Shown: in pieces, positions 20,277-31,149 of the stretch
How positions within the stretch are numbered: position 1 is the stretch's first letter
How the letters are laid out: every line of letters begins with the position of its first letter
Assembly: GCA_003614145.1 (NCBI GenBank)
Contig: KZ987744.1
Span: 1-33,129 of the forward strand
Direction: 5' to 3'
Length of the DNA stretch: 33,129 nucleotides
Source of the DNA: Piptocephalis cylindrospora
Taxonomy: Eukaryota
Notes under the pieces: model-generated
Databases searched by the model: none
Told to the model about the DNA's origin: nothing
What the model saw: the letters and a program-made list of their open reading frames with translations, nothing else
Program-made: the position numbers and the translations under genes

Positions 20277-20882
20277 CTACACACGATCATCTACTCCATC
20301 GACATTCCTTTTTTCTTTTTTGAAGCTCCTATCCTCCTCTCTTGGTCTTGATCTTTTCCCAAGGGGATATTGATGAGTATTGTTTGTCATTTCCAAAAGT
20401 CGTGCGCCATAGTAAGGGATTTCCTGGTTTGGGGCTAGGGTTTCTTGACCCATTAATTCCACCTCTACAGCAGGCTCTTCCTCTCGGGCGCCGTATCTCA
20501 TCGGGGGAGGTCCCTTTGATGTCATGTGTGGGCAAGTTCGATGTGAGAAGGGGGCCGTGCAGGGTTGACTCTGAGGAGGTAATGGAGCCCCTCCAGGTTG
20601 GGAATCATGCATTTTCCTATAGTGAGACTGTATGCTTCCCCTTTCATACCTATCATGACATCCTTGACTTGAAAGTGGAGGGTGCCCTATCCCTTGGGCC
20701 TGAAAAAAGCAAGGGTCAATATCCTCTTGAAGTGGGCTTTGATAGCGGGGTAGGCCCAAAATGCTTCGGCAGTAGTCAATGACTATCTTGCAAAATTCTA
20801 CCATTGATGGTTCAGTGGGGAAGGATAGTATGGTTGGTTGGCCAAGCAAGGGGAAGAGTGTAGGATGAATGGGGCGGAACAT
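20277..20882 (-). CDS. Hypothetical protein (about 200 aa), largely low-structure
   Basis: Open frame from ATG 20882 (alternative ATG 20804) with a basic NLS-like C-terminus (LGKRSRPREEDRSFKKEKR). No family was recognised. Confidence 0.35.
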   Translation of the reverse strand: MFRPIHPTLFPLLGQPTILSFPTEPSMVEFCKIVIDYCRSILGLPRYQSPLQEDIDPCFFQAQGIGHPPLSSQGCHDRYERGSIQSHYRKMHDSQPGGAPLPPQSQPCTAPFSHRTCPHMTSKGPPPMRYGAREEEPAVEVELMGQETLAPNQEIPYYGARLLEMTNNTHQYPLGKRSRPREEDRSFKKEKRNVDGVDDRV

Positions 20883-21091
20883 CTCTACACGTATTATATA
20901 TCTCTCGAGGGTCAATCTAATGGAAGACGGAATGCATTAACCTTTCATACGATAGCTGACTGTCATTAGGCTTTTCTAGTGCTTTAAGCTGCCATCATCA
21001 TCGAGTCGAATTGTACATGAAATAAAGAGGCTCACACAAAGGCGCACATGGACACGTCCTTTTAAGGAAGGGCCACGAGAGAGGCGGGAAA

Positions 21092-22360
21092 TTACGGATT
21101 CCAGTAGGATGCGGTGGAAGGCTGGGTCTCGTGGTACCAGGGGCTATCCATGGCAGGGTAATGGTTAGAATGGCGTCGAAGGTTGTGAGGCATCCAGGGA
21201 GCGGGGGGATGAGGGGCTATGGGTCGATCTGAAGAAGGCACAATCGTCTCCAGCTCAGACATGCCGTTCAATCCACACGTATCATCCATCGCTGCCTCCA
21301 CTCCTCCCTTCTCTTTCCGTCGACGGGCATTACAAGAAAAGCCCTGGAAAAATATGTAGGAAATCATGCTCAGCAGGGCCAAGCTTACACCAACATGATA
21401 GGTAAAGAAGATGATTTCAGAAAAGATAGGCGTGCGAAAGATATGCACTTGGGCCACGGCTAGAATGATCATGTGGGATACACTGAATACGGCTGCAATC
21501 AGGGCAATGATATGCACCGACTTCATCTATTTACCGGAGAAGGAGTGAGTTGAAGATGAAAAGAGTATAAAAGCCCCTAAACTATCGCCATTTACATTAA
21601 TCAAGGCGGAGGCCACTTCAATGAGAAGTCGACTCTCTGGGTCGTGTGCTTTTAGCCGAGTATAGTTCCAAAAATGGGAGGAGATGGCCCGCGCCTCTGA
21701 GAGCTGGGCCTCGATGATATACGAAAAGCGGATGCCGTATTCATAGCTACACCATCCGATGAGAGTGCATGGAAGAATGTAGATCAGACATCCGACGGTG
21801 ATGAGCCATCGATTCGCCATGGGCCAGCCCTGGTCGACACACCATGCAGATAGCACCATCACTATGCTTCCTAGAAACCCGAGTGGAGCAATGGTGTGGA
21901 GAAGCCGTTGAACTGTCCGTTGCCGCATACCATAGTGCAGGGTGTCAGAATCGATGCTTGCGGCTATGGACACAAAGCCGGAAAGATGGGGTCGAAGCCC
22001 GACAAAGACAAAGGGGATAGCAAAGATACGAAAAAACTCTCTGATTGCATACGATGTGGGCGGGTTCACCAGGATAAGTACTGCATGAATAAGATGGAGA
22101 AGGGTGCCTATGGAGTAAAAGAGGAGGAATTGTAGGAGAGCTGGCCATTTTAATGGCGTAATGCCCAGATGTTGATGGCAAGATTGCCGGATGAATACCC
22201 CGAGGGCCAAAAGAAGGGCCAAGGAGGCCGTCACCATGGATATGTAGTAGCCAGACACATAGACTACACTGTTTCGACAATTCTTGGCATTTTCCATCCA
22301 ACGGCAAGGTGTCTGGCCGATGGCCCCTGGGATGTAGAGCTCGTCCCGTTCGAGGTCCAT
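21092..22360 (-). CDS. Seven-transmembrane (GPCR-like) membrane protein, 399 aa; exons 22360-21596 and 21526-21092
   Basis: A phase-0 intron GTAAAT(21595)..TAG(21527) joins two track ORFs. Seven hydrophobic segments: ISMVTASLALLLALGVFI; ALLQFLLFYSIGTLLHLIHAVLILV; FFRIFAIPFVFVGL..; IAPLGFLGSIVMVLSAWCV; WLITVGCLIYILPCTLIGW; VHIIALIAAVFSVSHMIILAVA; IIFFTYHVGVSLALLSMISYIFF. There is a long loop between TM5 and TM6 and an N-terminal C-x-W-x6-C motif. Confidence 0.8.
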
Positions 22361-22596
22361 CCTACTTCCTTAGATTCCAAGGGAAGGGAGATGAGGGATA
22401 AGGATGATATAGACGCGAAGGTAAGTAGAATAGAGCGAAATAATGATGAAAGAGGGGAGGGGTAAAGGGGAGGGGCACAAGAGGCGCGATAGAGAGGACA
22501 ACAGGGCGGGTTTGGGAGGATGAGGGGGGAAAGGATGATGGGTGTACGATGGAAACCCCAAACTAAGTTGCATACAAGGACAAGGCTATCCATGGA

Positions 22597-23832
22597 CTAT
22601 CTAAGCCTCGATCTACATGCCCCCTTATTCATGCAGCTGTCATGATGTTTCCATTGGTCCAAGCCGAAATATGTGGGTGGCACAAGTGTACCCAAAATAG
22701 CAGGGAATACTAGAAGTCTGCTCGTTCGTACAGATATGTGGAGTTGGTCAATGGCGGCGATGTGGGGTATCAGGTACAGGATTATGGCCTTTTTTAGGGT
22801 AATATATGCCTTTAAACCCCGTTCTCAGAGTTCCACGAACCAGTTTTCAACCAGAATTGCTAGCAAAGGAGGGTATTTTACATTGGAGAGACATGGATCA
22901 TACTGGCACATGATCTTGCATTTTTTTTGGCATTCTCTGGTATACAAAGAAAAAGGGATGTTCTTCTGGAGCCTCCTCGCTTCTTCCTTCTCACAACCCA
23001 GGATGATGCAGGAGTTGCCAAATGATTTCAGCGAGAGTATTGAAAGGACAGCGCGGCCTGTCGCAGTATGGAAATACTCATGGAAGTCTTCATCCCTAGA
23101 CAAATTGGGGTTGCTGTAAAGCCTGCCAAATTCCCTTTCGGCCCAGCGATGCTAACATATGACCTCCCCAACCTAGTTCATGTCTACCTTATATTCGTCT
23201 TCTAGCGGACCTTTGGACAACAAGGTGGAGAAATCGTAGATTGGTCTTGAAGAATATTTCATGGGTATGGTCTCCCCAAAGGTCTTTTGGATTGGTACGG
23301 CCCTTTTTACATATTTCCCCGTTAACTCCGCTTTTGCTTCACTTTGCTTCTTGGCCATTCGTCTGGCTCTTCATTACTGGCACCCTTCGACCTTAGGCTG
23401 CATCACCCTCTCAATCTTCTTAGAGTGTTTCTTTTCGATAGACAGGGGGGAGACAAAAATGCCACGAAAGCAAACGATGTCTCAAATACAGTACACCAGT
23501 CAGGTGAACATTACCTTCCTACTTGGAAGAGGAAGGTCATTACGATCTTAGCATATGACAGCAGAGCCTATAGGTGTTTTGATGCGGCCGGGGCTGAATC
23601 GGATGTTGGTTTCTGTCGGGTTCTTATCTTGTCTCGCATTATAGCATTTCGATGTTGATAAGTCTGGATCTACCATTAGGATGCTTTTAGAGGCACCGAG
23701 AAGAGGGCTGGATATAATATTAGGCTGTCTATGCAGGAGCCTGTCGTAAGAGAGTAATAAGAACGATATCTCTACATTCCAGAAACAACGAAGTTGCAGA
23801 TATATCGTTTCGTGCTGACTTCTCGATCCCAC
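22597..23832 (-). pseudogene. Probable decayed coding sequence: 412 codons in one frame interrupted by 8 stop codons; origin unknown
   Basis: Track ORFs 23548-23832, 23173-23358 and 22825-23103 share one minus-strand frame. The intervening and downstream codons still read protein-like (..SIEKKHSKKIERVMQPKVEGCQ**RARRMAKKQ..; ..HRWAEREFGRLYSNPNLSRDEDF..; ..VEL*ERGLKAYITLKKAII..). Confidence 0.45.
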
Positions 23833-24486
23833 CTAAAGGATCGCGCTCAGAAGTCGTATATGTAGATAGTGAGGCCTATATGATGGGATACTTGCGGTAG
23901 GGCAAAAAATTGGATGCTGGATGGGCCAAGAAAACCAAATTTGCATATATATAGGGGGAAATGATATGATTCTTCCTTCCCTTATAACAATATATTTTCA
24001 TATCCTCTTATTCATCCTACTTTCATTTCCTCAGGGCTTTGGGTATTCGTGCCATTATACTTCCCCTCGCTAATACTGCCACATGCCCAATACTGTTGCA
24101 CTACCACTATTGTTACCCACTCCCATTCACTCCACACTAACTAACTACGCCTAGATTCGGCGCGTCGCAATGTCTAGGTGTACAGTCATGACTATACACT
24201 ATGAAAACCCAGCTTCTCCTCCATCCTTAACTTGGCCTAATCTCTCTGATTCCTCTTTCCTCTCCAATTCCTCTATCCTTCACCATGGACCTACTTTTCT
24301 AAGGTCATGGCCACCTTGGTTGCGTTTACTTGTCCTTTTTCCCACCTCGCCCCATCAGATCCCGTGATTTGACAGCTCTTTTGCTATCCCCCCTTCCGAA
24401 TTACTTGATCTTTCCTTCGCTTGGATCTCCCCTCACTTTCCCCTTCCCTTCATCCTTCCTTGACCTCATCTACTCGCTACCACAGC

Positions 24487-27400
24487 ATGTCTCAGCTGCT
24501 TTTCGAAGCCGTTAAGGCTGGGGACGAAGCAAAGGTGGGGATGGCTCTCAAGGCTCTGCACGCCACCTGCCGCTCCCGCCGAAACTTGGCATCTGTCCTT
24601 AATGCTCGTATTCCTCATCAAGGTGGCACGGTTTTACATCTTGCTGCTTCCTTACCACCTAGGGAATCCTTGTGTGTGGGTAAAATCCTTCTTCAGGAGC
24701 AGGATATCGCTATCGACATCCAGGATCACGAATCGGGCTGGACCCCTTTGCACAAGGCCATCTACTATGGAAATTGGGCTTTTGCACAGGAACTATCCCA
24801 TTGCTCCCCTGATCTCAGTGTTTATGACCGAGAGGGCCTGACGCCCTTTGATCTCCTATCCTACACCTTGACTGATGACCTCACCAGGCCAACACAACCT
24901 CGTAGTGGTGCTTTCAAAGGCTCCGTTGAGACCCCTGATGATGAGGTCACACCCAAATCTCCTAGGTATCCTCCAGTATCCACCACCTCCAGGTCCACCC
25001 TGTATACCTGGGGATCTGGGGCAAATTATAACCTAGGACACGCAGATGCCTCGGATCGCATTAGGCCGGAGCGGGTCAAGCTGCCTCAGGACCCTTACTT
25101 GACCCCACTTTCCCTGGATAATCCCGCTTTATGTCCTATTCGAATTGTTCTTGGATCCCGGCATACGGCCCTGATCACAGCTGCTTCTTCGGGAAATCTG
25201 CTTACCTGTGGTTTTGGTCGTGGGGGTCGGCTGGGCACAGGTGGGGAAACCAAATTGACCTTTTCCCTCGTCAAAGGTATTCACGGTCGTGTGGTCGATG
25301 TGGCCTGTGGGAGGAATCATACGGTTGCTGTGACGGCTGATGGAGCTGTATGGACTTTCGGATCCAATGCTCATGGCCAGCTCGGCAGGTCAATTGCTGG
25401 TGAAACGCCTTTAGAGAATGATATTGGCGGCGAGATGCAGAGAGGAGGCAGGCGCAGACAGAGTGACGATGGAGGAAGTGGAGAGGGGAGGAAGGAGAGT
25501 TTATCTACGCCTGGTAAAGTCATAGGGGCCTTAAAGCGAGAGATCATGGAAGGAGCCACTGCCTCAGCTACCGCCTCGGCGGTTTGGAGCCGCTTTCACA
25601 TCTACGTGTTTGGTCTGGATCAAGGTCATTTCGGTAGGTAATATTGAGCGACAATAACCGATTCCCGTCATTAACCTTTCCCTTTGCCGACTTGCTTAGG
25701 AATGGACGAGACTGCGCAGAATGGGATAGTTCTTCATCCTCGACGCATGGCCCTTACTCTACCTGGGCTTGATCGAGCAGACGGTGTGAAGGAGAAGAGG
25801 TTTATCCAGCAAGTAACTCTCACTGAAAAATCCATGGCTATTCTTCTGACAGAAGGTGATATTTATGTACAAGCTTATGGACACCTTCGTAAACTGATGT
25901 AAGTGATTATGGGATAGAGGATGAGACCATTGCTCTTGATTGCTTTTTTGTAACTACAATTACCGCCATCCTCATCCTCCTCATCCTCACGCTTTCCATA
26001 GTATGCCTGGATCAGCCTTTCCGCGGGAGATCTCGCCACATATTCTTCCGCGCTTTCGTCCTACGCGGATTTTTGGAGATAGTGAAGGTCATGTGCTGGC
26101 TTTCCTTTCGGAGACAGGAGAAGTGTTCATCTGGGTTGCTGGGGCATCTTCGAGCTCTGAGTGGGCTGTCCGGAGGGTCTGGTCCTCCAGAATGCGGTCG
26201 GAGGAGGCCGTCGAAGTTGGGATCGGTGGGTCTGGTGGCGGGTCGATGCTGGTGTGTACCCGGGATGGCCATGTCTTTACAGGTCATCCTCGAGGAGGAG
26301 GGGTATTGTCCGGGGAGCTAAAGAAGACACGGAAGTATTTGTGGGAGCGTGTGGAGGCCCTTCCTCATGGTGTGTCCCAAGTGAGCCTTGGAGGTAGCAC
26401 ATGTTATGCCGCCATCCGTCAGGAGGTTCCTGTTTACCCTGTTGCTCCCATACCCCATCAAGTGTTGGGGATCGAGGAAGATCTCTCTCTTCGACAAGGT
26501 GATATTCACGTCATTTGCCATCCCTTGTCAGGGAAGGGTAAGGAATGGAGGAAAGGTCTAATGGTTGGACGTCTTCAATCCGACCTACTCTTTGCGCGTT
26601 CTCCTACAATTCGACGAGCCATGAATCGCCATGCCTCTTCGAGTCATGCTGACTCTGGGGCGGAGAAAAATTTACTTTGGGAGGGATCATCATGTAAGGA
26701 TAACCGGAAGCATGGTGCCCGGATACACATCCGGCTTTTCATGGACACTACTACGCCTACTTGGCTCGGGGCTCACTGCGGTGGTTATCAGGAAAGGTGC
26801 GAACCTTCAGCCTCCCTTATCCTCGAAGTGACAGGAGCTTCCAGTGGAGCTGTGTATCGTGTGCTTTGCTGGGTGAGGACAGGACGTACGGCGCGGAAGA
26901 GGGCCGATCGTGTGAGAAAAGAAGAAGAGGAAGAAGATGACGATGATGAAGGTGGCGAGACTGGAGATGGGGATTGGCTGGAGGATTATTTGGCCCTTCT
27001 CCGGATATTCGGCTGTGAGACCACCCAGGGTCGCCGGCCATCTCCATCACAGGATCTTCAGCCTTTATACCAGTCTATTCGCTCCACCCAGGATTCAATC
27101 ACGGGTGAGGATGATCTGGGTTCAACTAAACCTGGAAGCCATATTCAAGAGGAACATATCTTGAAATGGAGGGCGAGGAAAGTGTGCCTAGTTTTGGCCG
27201 ATGGTGAAGTTCGCTCCGGATGTCATCCGACCTTACTAGCCCACGGATCCCCTTTCTTTGCTGCGCTTTGCCAGGGGCAAGGTACATGGCTGACTTGGGA
27301 ATATCAGAAAAGTGGGGAGGCAATGACTACCATCCACATGAAGCATGTGACCGGGAGAGGGATGGACGTGGTGCTACGGTGGATTTACTATTATCTCCCT

Positions 27401-29193
27401 CCCCATGGTCCCGTGCTCAGGGAGCAAAAGGAGAGGATGAGACGTTATCTTTTCGGGTCCTCGGGATGGCAGACTCAGGAGGAGGTTCTTGACTTTCTCT
27501 TTCACGTTCTTGCCATTTCGGACGAGTTACTGATGCCCGGATTGACCCAAGTCGTCCAGCAGGAGATTATATTGCAACGTAGGTATTTTTGCGGGGTTTA
27601 CCCCCTACTTCTATCCCATCCTTCCCTAATAGCGAGCCTATGTTCGCCTACCCATTATCTAGTGCATCCCAAGAGTGTCATTGACATATATCAACGCGCA
27701 TGTGCCCTAGGGCTGGAAGATCCGGGGGGAGAAGTGCGCCGAGCCTGTACATTTTACATCCTCCAGGAAATGGAATGGTTCTATCGCAAGGACCGATCCA
27801 GGATTCTAAGGTTGACTGAGGATCTTGAAGGGGCTATGATGCAGACCCAGGGTAATCATCACCCTTTGACTCGTGGGAGGATGCGAGAGACCCAAAAAGA
27901 GAAGTTAGCTTTAGATAAAGCTCATCTAAAGTCTATTGAGGGGCTGCAAAAGAGGGCTGAGGGTAAAGAGCGAGCAAAGGTGGATTCAGAGCAAGAGTTA
28001 AGCGATGTGGGTGGATTTACTGGCGAAGAAAGGTTGAGAGGGGCCGAGACAGAAAATTCATTAGGTCTACCTTCCCCTGAGACCTCACCTACCCGTTCGG
28101 AGTCTTCCAGGAATGAGCAGAAACTGAAAGAGGAAAATGCCAAGTTGATTGGTACCCGGAAGAGCAGATTTGTTCCCTTGGATCTTTCTTCCTCCTCTGT
28201 ACTGCCGCAAGTAGGGCCCAAGCCAATCTCCGGTTGGTCCTCTGCCGTTCCCCCCATACCCAGCCCGGATTATCATGAACAGGTCAGTCTTTGAGTGGGA
28301 TGAGAGGGGACAAGGAGGATAACATAGTCCTACTTATATTCACATGGCATTATTATTCTTTCCTGGCACATATAGAGTGGGGTCAGTGAGGCCTTTCCCA
28401 CCCTTGCCGGTACTGTTCCTCTAACCTCTCCAGGATCATCAACGCATTCCACTGGAGCAGTTTCTTCTTCTGGACCTCGGGTAAAGATTTCTCAGAAGCA
28501 AAGGAAAAAGATGCAACAACAGCCCACTGTGGAGAGAAAAACGAAACAAGGGGGATCAGCCTGGAATGTGCCAGCGGTAGCCTCATCGGAAGTGCCGTCA
28601 CCTGGGTCATCAACACCCATGAAGGGGAAAGGCGTGTCTATTTCACTTAGGGATATACAGCTACAGGAGCAGAGGGGTCAAGGAAGCGGAAGGCCTCGAG
28701 GAGCATCTTTTACCTCCGGGCTGATGGATAAGCGTACAGAAGTCACTGATACCCCACTGCAGGATGCTGGAAGACGTAGGGGATCGAATAGGTAAAGTGT
28801 CTTTTATATTGGATGGTAATGAGTGAATGCCGTGAATAGCATCTCATTTTCTCCTCCTTCCCTAAACTATGTAGTCGTCGTCAGGTGGCTCCTCCTCCTT
28901 CATCGTGGCAAACCCCCCTGGCTGCCCCCACGCTAGGATCCTCTCCTATGGCTTCTTCCAGCCGTGCAGCCTCATCCAGGGCCAAAGAAAAGGGCAAGGG
29001 GAAGGAGAGATCTTTCAATGCAATTCAACAGGAGCAAGATCAGGAACGAAGTGAGCTGGAGCGAGCTCAAATGTCCAGTAAGAGCTTGGTGGACATCCAG
29101 ACAGAGGAGCTGGTTATCCAAGGTTGGCGGGATTACTATGCGGCGCTTGGAGTGGAGAATTGGCAGCCTCCTCCCGACTGGAAGATGGGTTGA
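24487..29193 (+). CDS. IBTK: IBTK / S. pombe Btb1-like ankyrin, RCC1 and BTB Cullin-3 adaptor; exons 24487-25633, 25700-25898, 26002-27578, 27663-28282, 28376-28791, 28875-29193
   Basis: Ankyrin motifs GGTVLHLAA, QDHESGWTPLHKAIYYGN and DREGLTPFDL. RCC1 motifs LYTWGSGANYNLGH, CGFGRGGRLG and VACGRNHTVAVTADGAVWTFGSNAHGQLG. BTB motif CHPTLLAHGSPFFAAL...VLRWIY...VLAISDELLM. IBTK C-terminal motifs KISQKQRKK, SLRDIQ and SLVDIQTEE..IQ....YY. Five GT..AG introns keep the frame. Confidence 0.9.
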
Positions 29194-30119
29194 TGAGAGG
29201 ACTAGATTGTATGAAATGAAATCACCATCACGGATTTTAATGCTTCTCTTGTTGAATCACCTTAATTCTCATTATTTCCATCTCATGATCCCTCTTATGC
29301 ATGTACAACTCTTGACCTTAACTATTGAGTAGAGTGAAGATGCTGGATGTATTGTTGAATACCAAATCCTTTCACATAATCTTTCAATTTGAATACTGTC
29401 TGTTGAAGCCCATCCTTTGTTGTTATAGATGAAGCTATCTGTCACAATGCCGCTCTCTTCACTCCTCAAGGGACAATGTCTTTCACCAGAATCTCCAGAC
29501 TGAAATGTAGAATGACAATGGCTATAAACCTCCCTCCATCATCCATCACATGTGACCTCATTCGTGGCTGAAGTAATCCTAATCATCTACTCGTAGATCT
29601 CATTATGCGAGCTCCGTCAACATCAATTCCTTGTTCCTAAATCGCTGATACATCGGCATCTTAAGCATTAAAGCGATCAATAGCTCTTACGTCATCTGTC
29701 AGCGCATGTGAGATTATCATCAACCGAATTCAGCCCTAGAGTGATGTCACATGAAGGCTCCATTTTTGATCACACTCCTTTGGAATGCTTGCCGTCTCCC
29801 ACTTGAGGATCAGCTTTCTCAAAGGCGATCTACTTTTAATGGGGTCTTAGTGTATCTACGATGAGAGGAAGTATACCTAAAAGACAGGACGTTGGACCTG
29901 TACTTGAAACACAAGTGTGGAGAGGGGAAAAAGAAGCGAGATGGCAAAGGAATGCCTCTATTCAGCAACTCACCATCCTCTCAAGGGGGATGGCCCTAAA
30001 TAGGAAGAGGGAGAAAAGGCGGAATATGACAGGGAACCTTTGCCTATTTTGTGCTACTTTCAATCATGGTCCAGGGGTAATGAACCAGAATTCATCATAC
30101 GAGAGGCAAGTTATAAAGC

Positions 30120-30463
30120 TTACTTCCGGGCACCAAGCTGGTTCTACCCGACGCAAGAAAAGGGAAGGGAGGAGGAGAGGAGGTGAGTGGACATGAAAGT
30201 GGATACCCCCAAGCTCACACGACTTACGAATTCACCAGCCTTGCCATTATGCCACTTGGCAACCTTGAGGATCTGCGAGTTACGCTGCTGGGCGGCAGCA
30301 CGGCCCTCCTCCTTGAGGGCGGACCGGACGGCACGGGCGCAAATCTGCGAATATTGCAGGTAGCTGTTTGGGGGGGTAGGGGATCAGCAGAGAATGGAGA
30401 GGACGAGGGTAAGCGAGAGGATAAAACTTACGTGATCTTAGCAGTCTTCCAGGAAAAAGCCAT
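30120..30463 (-). CDS. ATP15: Mitochondrial F1 ATP synthase subunit epsilon (63 aa); exons 30463-30432, 30363-30228, 30143-30120
   Basis: Spliced product MAFSWKTAKITYLQYSQICARAVRSALKEEGRAAAQQRNSQILKVAKWHNGKAGEFNQLGARK* has the W..A.ITY..Y..ICARAVR.ALKE and KW.NGK hallmarks. Both introns start GTAAGT. The ORF track misses this gene. Confidence 0.95.
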
Positions 30464-31149
30464 GATGAGAACGGACGAGGAAGGACGTTGGAGAAGGGGG
30501 GAGGTGAGTCAAGTGAAGATGGGAGTTGACGAGGTCAAGAAGAAAGGAAAAGAAAGGAAGAGGCAGCTGGGAGAGTTGACCAGGCGGCGTACTTGACAAG
30601 AGACGCTGGGCGGAAAGGTTCGGCAGAGGAAGGGAACACTCATCCATCCTCTACCTGCCCAGCCGGAAAAACAGACAGGAGGAGGGGGCTGGAGGTGTAG
30701 TGGGGAGAATGTGTGGGAGAGGCTATGGCCTGGCCTTTTCACCCTAGCCATACCACACAGGCGCTGAATATATAGAAAGATGAATTAAAAGTGCAGATTT
30801 TGATATGTGAATTAGATTTCACAGCGGGATAGGAACATGGGCAGTGACCGCGAATGCAGAGAGAACCTCAATAAAGATCATACCGTGTGGAGGAATTGGC
30901 TGCCTTTAGCCTGTCCTTGCATGTATTCTAGTCTCCCAGTTTGAATCATGACGCGCGGATCTTTTTGGACATGGTGTATTGACATGTGAAAGCCGAATCA
31001 ATCACTCTCCCATCTCTTCTAATCATCATCATCAGCCCTTTCTTGGATCCATACAAGATAATAAAGAGAGGCACATCACAAAGTTTCTAAATTACAGGAA
31101 TAACTTCCGATGGATTAATCAACCCGACTAATCAGGTTCAGGGTCAGGA

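Noticed and set aside
22825..22827. In-frame TGA as possible selenocysteine or stop-codon recoding
   Set aside because: The same frame also has TAA and TAG stops, there is no redox-motif context or SECIS seen, and neighbouring genes use TAA, TGA and TAG-type stops under the standard code.
29200..30110. About 900-nt gap between the IBTK-like gene and ATP15 examined for ncRNA or small genes
   Set aside because: No properly spaced C/D boxes, tRNA cloverleaf or credible ORF found; consistent with convergent 3' UTRs.
30183..30596. 137-aa plus-strand ORF
   Set aside because: Antisense to the spliced ATP15 gene.
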